A stretch of DNA of 64,000 nt from Eledone cirrhosa (taxonomy: Eukaryota): positions 50,592,001 through 50,656,000 of the forward strand of contig OZ024744.1 of NCBI GenBank assembly GCA_964016885.1. The letters run 5' to 3'. A model generated the notes under the pieces. The model saw only the letters and a list, made by a program, of their open reading frames with translations. It made no database searches and was not told where the DNA came from. Within the stretch, counting starts at the first letter, position 1, and each line of letters opens with the position of its first letter. Positions 60,015-64,000 of this stretch are shown in pieces. A program made the position numbers and the translations under genes.

Positions 60015-63000
60015 ATAATAATAATGAAATTATTGTGTAAAGTGCTCAGGTGCACTACAACTCGTCAAAGGTGTATGTATAGTACATAGAATAATACACA
60101 AATGTCAGGGAAGTGAATAGTGTATGAGTCATGGTATACATGTGGGTATGTGTATGGAGAGGGAACATTAGCTGTAGTGTTGGCGGATCTCGGGAAGCAT
60201 GGAGGCCTTAAAGGATGCAGTGTCTCGACAGCTAACAACTGATGCAGGTAGTTTGTTCCATGCTTCAGCAACTCTGAGCGTGAAAAAATGTTTCCGAAAG
60301 TCATGGGAACTGTGCTGTTTTCTGACTTTGTGGGCATGTCCATGTGTGTTAGACACATGGAAATCAAAAAGGTTGTAGTGACCTACATTCCGCGGGCTCA
60401 CATACATTCTCTGTGCGTGATTTGGCTCAGTTCAGCCAATCAGCGCCAGTAGAAGAGGATGTATCCCTACGCGCCCTGAGGAAGAAATTCCCCGCGAAGA
60501 TTTGAAGAATCTCTCTCTTGTACCAGAAACTTCGAGCCAGCAACACGCATAATGTAGCAGTGAGATATTGCACCCCTAGCCTAGCCGGCGCAATGGCACA
60601 TTCCATTTTGTAACCTCTTTTTATCTGTAACTTCAACCATATAAATAAACAAACATTTCATCTCTAATTAATGCGGTTGAAGTCGTTATTATGTTACTCG
60701 TGTCTCAATAACATCTTTAATCCGTGCTGCTGGAATTGGCGACCTGACGAAAGGAATATTGTAAATAGATGGTAAATAGATCGAGGGACCTTCCCTCACG
60801 TCTATGTCAACAAGATAATCCAACGAGGATACTATCACTTACCACACTGGCAACTAACGACCACTGATTCTACCACCCTGCTAAAGTGGCGATAACATCT
60901 ATAACTAATACTGCTAAAGTGGTGACCGACGTAAGAATATCACGCAGCCCTTCTTATTCATTCAGTTTAACTTTTATTGCCACGTCGCAACTTGCGAAAA
61001 TCCAGAATATTCCTTTTAAGATTTTTGAAAAATTAGCAGTATTTCAAAAACTTTTTCGCCACGAAAAAATTTCAAGATGGCTACCGACATGTCATGGCTA
61101 CGCTTGACAACAACAATGACAGCAGCAGCGACAGCGTTGTTTAACCACTGACCAATACAGGGAACAGTGAGTGGCAGCTTCATAACCTTACCGACGCCAA
61201 CCACCACACATCGGAAATTTCGAAACGGCTTGTAACTTTACCGACGCAACCACCATACCTTCTGTCTCGTTACCACAGGGACGCGAGAAATTGAGACAGT
61301 AGTTTTCTCACCATTATGGCGTCAGACGTGACTGCCATATTTGGTGACTCCTACTCTACAGAAGATTCTTTGACATTACTTTAACAATAAGCAACACTAC
61401 CGTGTGGCGGGACGGTATGATGGCCACGGAATCTCACAAAAACACCATACATCTAACCTCTAACGGCATTAACAAACTTCTTTTTCAGTTTTCAGATAGA
61501 ACTAGTGTCTGTACACTGGTGATGTGTGAACTATTTGACTTTGAAAAACTTTGAACTTATTGAGCAATTTCTCTGCCCCCCTAGATTGACTTTGAATTAT
61601 CAGTTTGTTACATTCACATATTTCTTTGTAGAATGCATTTACTTGTTTTGTGCTCTTTTGCTATTTGTTTGCTCATGGTTTTTGTTCATTCACATTCTTT
61701 GCTGTTTTACATGCCTGCATATGCACACATTTTTTTTTTATCACACACCAACATGTTGTGCTTGGTATATGTTCTTCAAACGTAATATTCTGCGAGTCCC
61801 TTTTCACCTGGTTGAGATGCTGTCACATGCTAGCAGCTCACAGAGCTTAATCCACTGGATTCAAACAGGCACCGCAACACGAGAATTCTAATTGCAGCTG
61901 AACTCAAACAGCTTCGCATCTCGTTGCACACTGATCGTCCATGACAGCCATCCATCTTGTTGTTTTTGCCCGACTCGCTGGGAAAGCAACAAATTGAACT
62001 GGACTTGCTCAACACGGCCCGTCGCGCCTCATTTTTTGTTCTTGCATGCAACCTTCTGCTCAATTATTTTTTCACTGATGTGCTCTTTCAGCATTTGTTC
62101 TTGCTGATTTAATAATATGTGGGTCCTTGGTTTCTTCGTTATCGATTTTCGGCTGAAAATCTGGTTGGAGGTGATGTAGTGACCTACATTCCGCGGGCTC
62201 ACATACATTCTCTGTGCGTGATTTGGCTCAGTTCAGCCAATCAGCGCCAGTAGAAGAGGATGTATCCCTACGCGCCCTGAGGAAGAAATTCCCCGCGAAG
62301 ATTTGAAGAATCTCTCTCTTGTACCAGAAACTTCGAGCCAGCAACACGCATAATGTAGCAGTGAGATATTGCACCCCTAGCCTAGCCGGCTTAACGGCGC
62401 AATGGCACATTCCATTTTGTAACCTCTTTTTATCTGTAACTTCAACCATATAAATAAACAAACATTTCATCTCTAATTACTGCGGTTGAAGTCGTTATTA
62501 TGTTACTCGTGTCTCAATAACATCTTTAATCCGTGCTGCTGGAATTGGCGACCTGACGAAAGGAATATTGTAAATAGATGGTAAATAGATCGAAGGACCA
62601 TCCCTCACGTCTATGTCAACAAGATAATCCAACGAGGATACTATCACTTACCACACTGGCAACTAACGACCACTGATTCTACCACCCTGCTAAAGTGGCG
62701 ATAACATCTATAACTAATACTGCTAAAAGGTACTCAGGGTTGTTGTTGGCAACATGATTAACAATTTTGTGGGTGTTTACCAAGTCAGTTGCCAGGCGTC
62801 GGAGCTTCAATGTATCCATGCCCAGGGAAGCAAGGCGCTCAGAGTATGGTAGATGCCTGATGGAAGGTATTCGCTTGATTGCACGTCTCTGAACAGTTTC
62901 CAGGCGGTCAATGTTCTGAGCAAGATAGGGGTTCCAGACTGGTGATGCAAATTCTAAGTGTGGTCGCACCATAGCCATGTACATCCTTAAATAGATATCT

Positions 63001-64000
63001 GGAGAGCGGCTGACAAAGGTCTTGCTGAGTGATGCTAAGACACCCTCGGCCCTCTTGACAATTTTAGAGACGTGCCTCGTCCAACGCAAATCGCTGCTGA
63101 CCGTAATGCCCAGGTCACGTTCACAAGAAGACTTCTTGATATTAGTGCTGTGGAGGGAGTATGTGGACGCTGGGTTTTTACTCCCAAAATGCATGGTGGT
63201 GCACTTGTCCACAGCTAGCTTGAGTTGAGATCCATTGTTGCATTGTGTCCAGGTCAGACTGCAAGCAAGATCTATAGTGTTCAGGATCTGTCCTTTTTAT
63301 CTCAAGGTACAGCTTGATGTCGTCTGCGTACTTTAGTACTGTGGCATTCTTTAAGTTGGCATCTATGTCATTAATATATGCCACAAACAAAAGGGGGCCA
63401 AGAACAGATCCCTGTGGTACACCAGATGACATCTCATATGGTGAGGAATGCTGTCCCAGAACCGTGACTACCTCTCTTCGACGGAGAATGAAGGACTTCA
63501 ACCAGTTAAAAAGATCATCCTTCACACCCATTGCAGAGAGTTTTGCCATAAGCCTTTTGTGTGGCACAGAATTGAAGGCTCTCGCAAAGTCAAGGTAAAC
63601 AACATCCACCCATGAGCCGCCATCAGTGATCCGGGTGATGTCCTCAAGAAACTCTATAAGTTGATCACAGCAGCTGGAGTTGGGGATAAATCCAAATTGT
63701 GAGGGCCGGATAAGACTGTGAGAGCTCCAGAAGTTCCAAAGTGTTTCTCTGACACAGGATTCCATCAGTTTGGCGATGCAACTAGTAAGACTGACTGGAC
63801 GATAGTTCACAGGTGATGTGCTGTCACCCTTTTTGAACAGAGGAATGACACTGGCAGTTTTCCACTGTTCTGGAGTAGCACTGTTGTTCAGACAGAATTG
63901 GAAGAAGCGTGATAACTGGTGCAGAAGGAAGTACCCACTACGTTTAAGAAGCAGGTACGTAACACCATCAAGACCAGGAGAGGCATGGTTGCGTTTATTT
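60015..64000 (-). mobile_element. CR1-group LINE (RT to 3' end) split by an LTR element
   Basis: NYRPVSLTS, YLDF.RAF..VPH, GVPQGSVLGPLLF, YADD, ERDLG, VRPHLEFASPVWNP, FFTLRVAEAWN; (ATT)n tail. Confidence 0.9.
60374..62727 (+). mobile_element. Non-autonomous CsRn1-like LTR retrotransposon, copy B
   Basis: LTRs 60374-60918 and 62175-62727; TSD AGGT; same PBS, PPT and internal region as copy A, minus about 335 bp. Confidence 0.9.

Overview
Eukaryotic, repeat-dense genomic DNA; an octopus-like cephalopod origin is inferred only from the RTE/CORE-SINE/microsatellite landscape. The window lies inside one + strand gene, a neurobeachin (NBEA/rugose; LRBA family) orthologue. I traced 20 GT-AG coding exons from 5199 to 57020 that splice in a continuous frame (6464 nt, about 2154 codons), including a 2915-nt acidic exon and a 1164-nt Thr/Ser-rich exon. 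The introns hold: two Penelope-like elements (RT + GIY-YIG) in inverted-pLTR arrangements beside (TA)n, each with a type I hammerhead ribozyme motif; a decayed 4.1-kb Gypsy element (5-bp TSD); two copies of a non-coding CsRn1-like LTR element (4-bp TSD, Trp-like PBS) whose LTRs end in AA rather than CA, each nested in a LINE; many RTE LINE fragments, some with a PHD finger; CR1, CRE-like and mariner fragments; SINEs; MITE-like repeats; and a tRNA-Gly copy fused to an RTE tail. The best leads are the U3-A8 variant hammerhead in sense to the host pre-mRNA, the twin-priming-like Penelope inversion and the AA-terminated non-autonomous LTR family.
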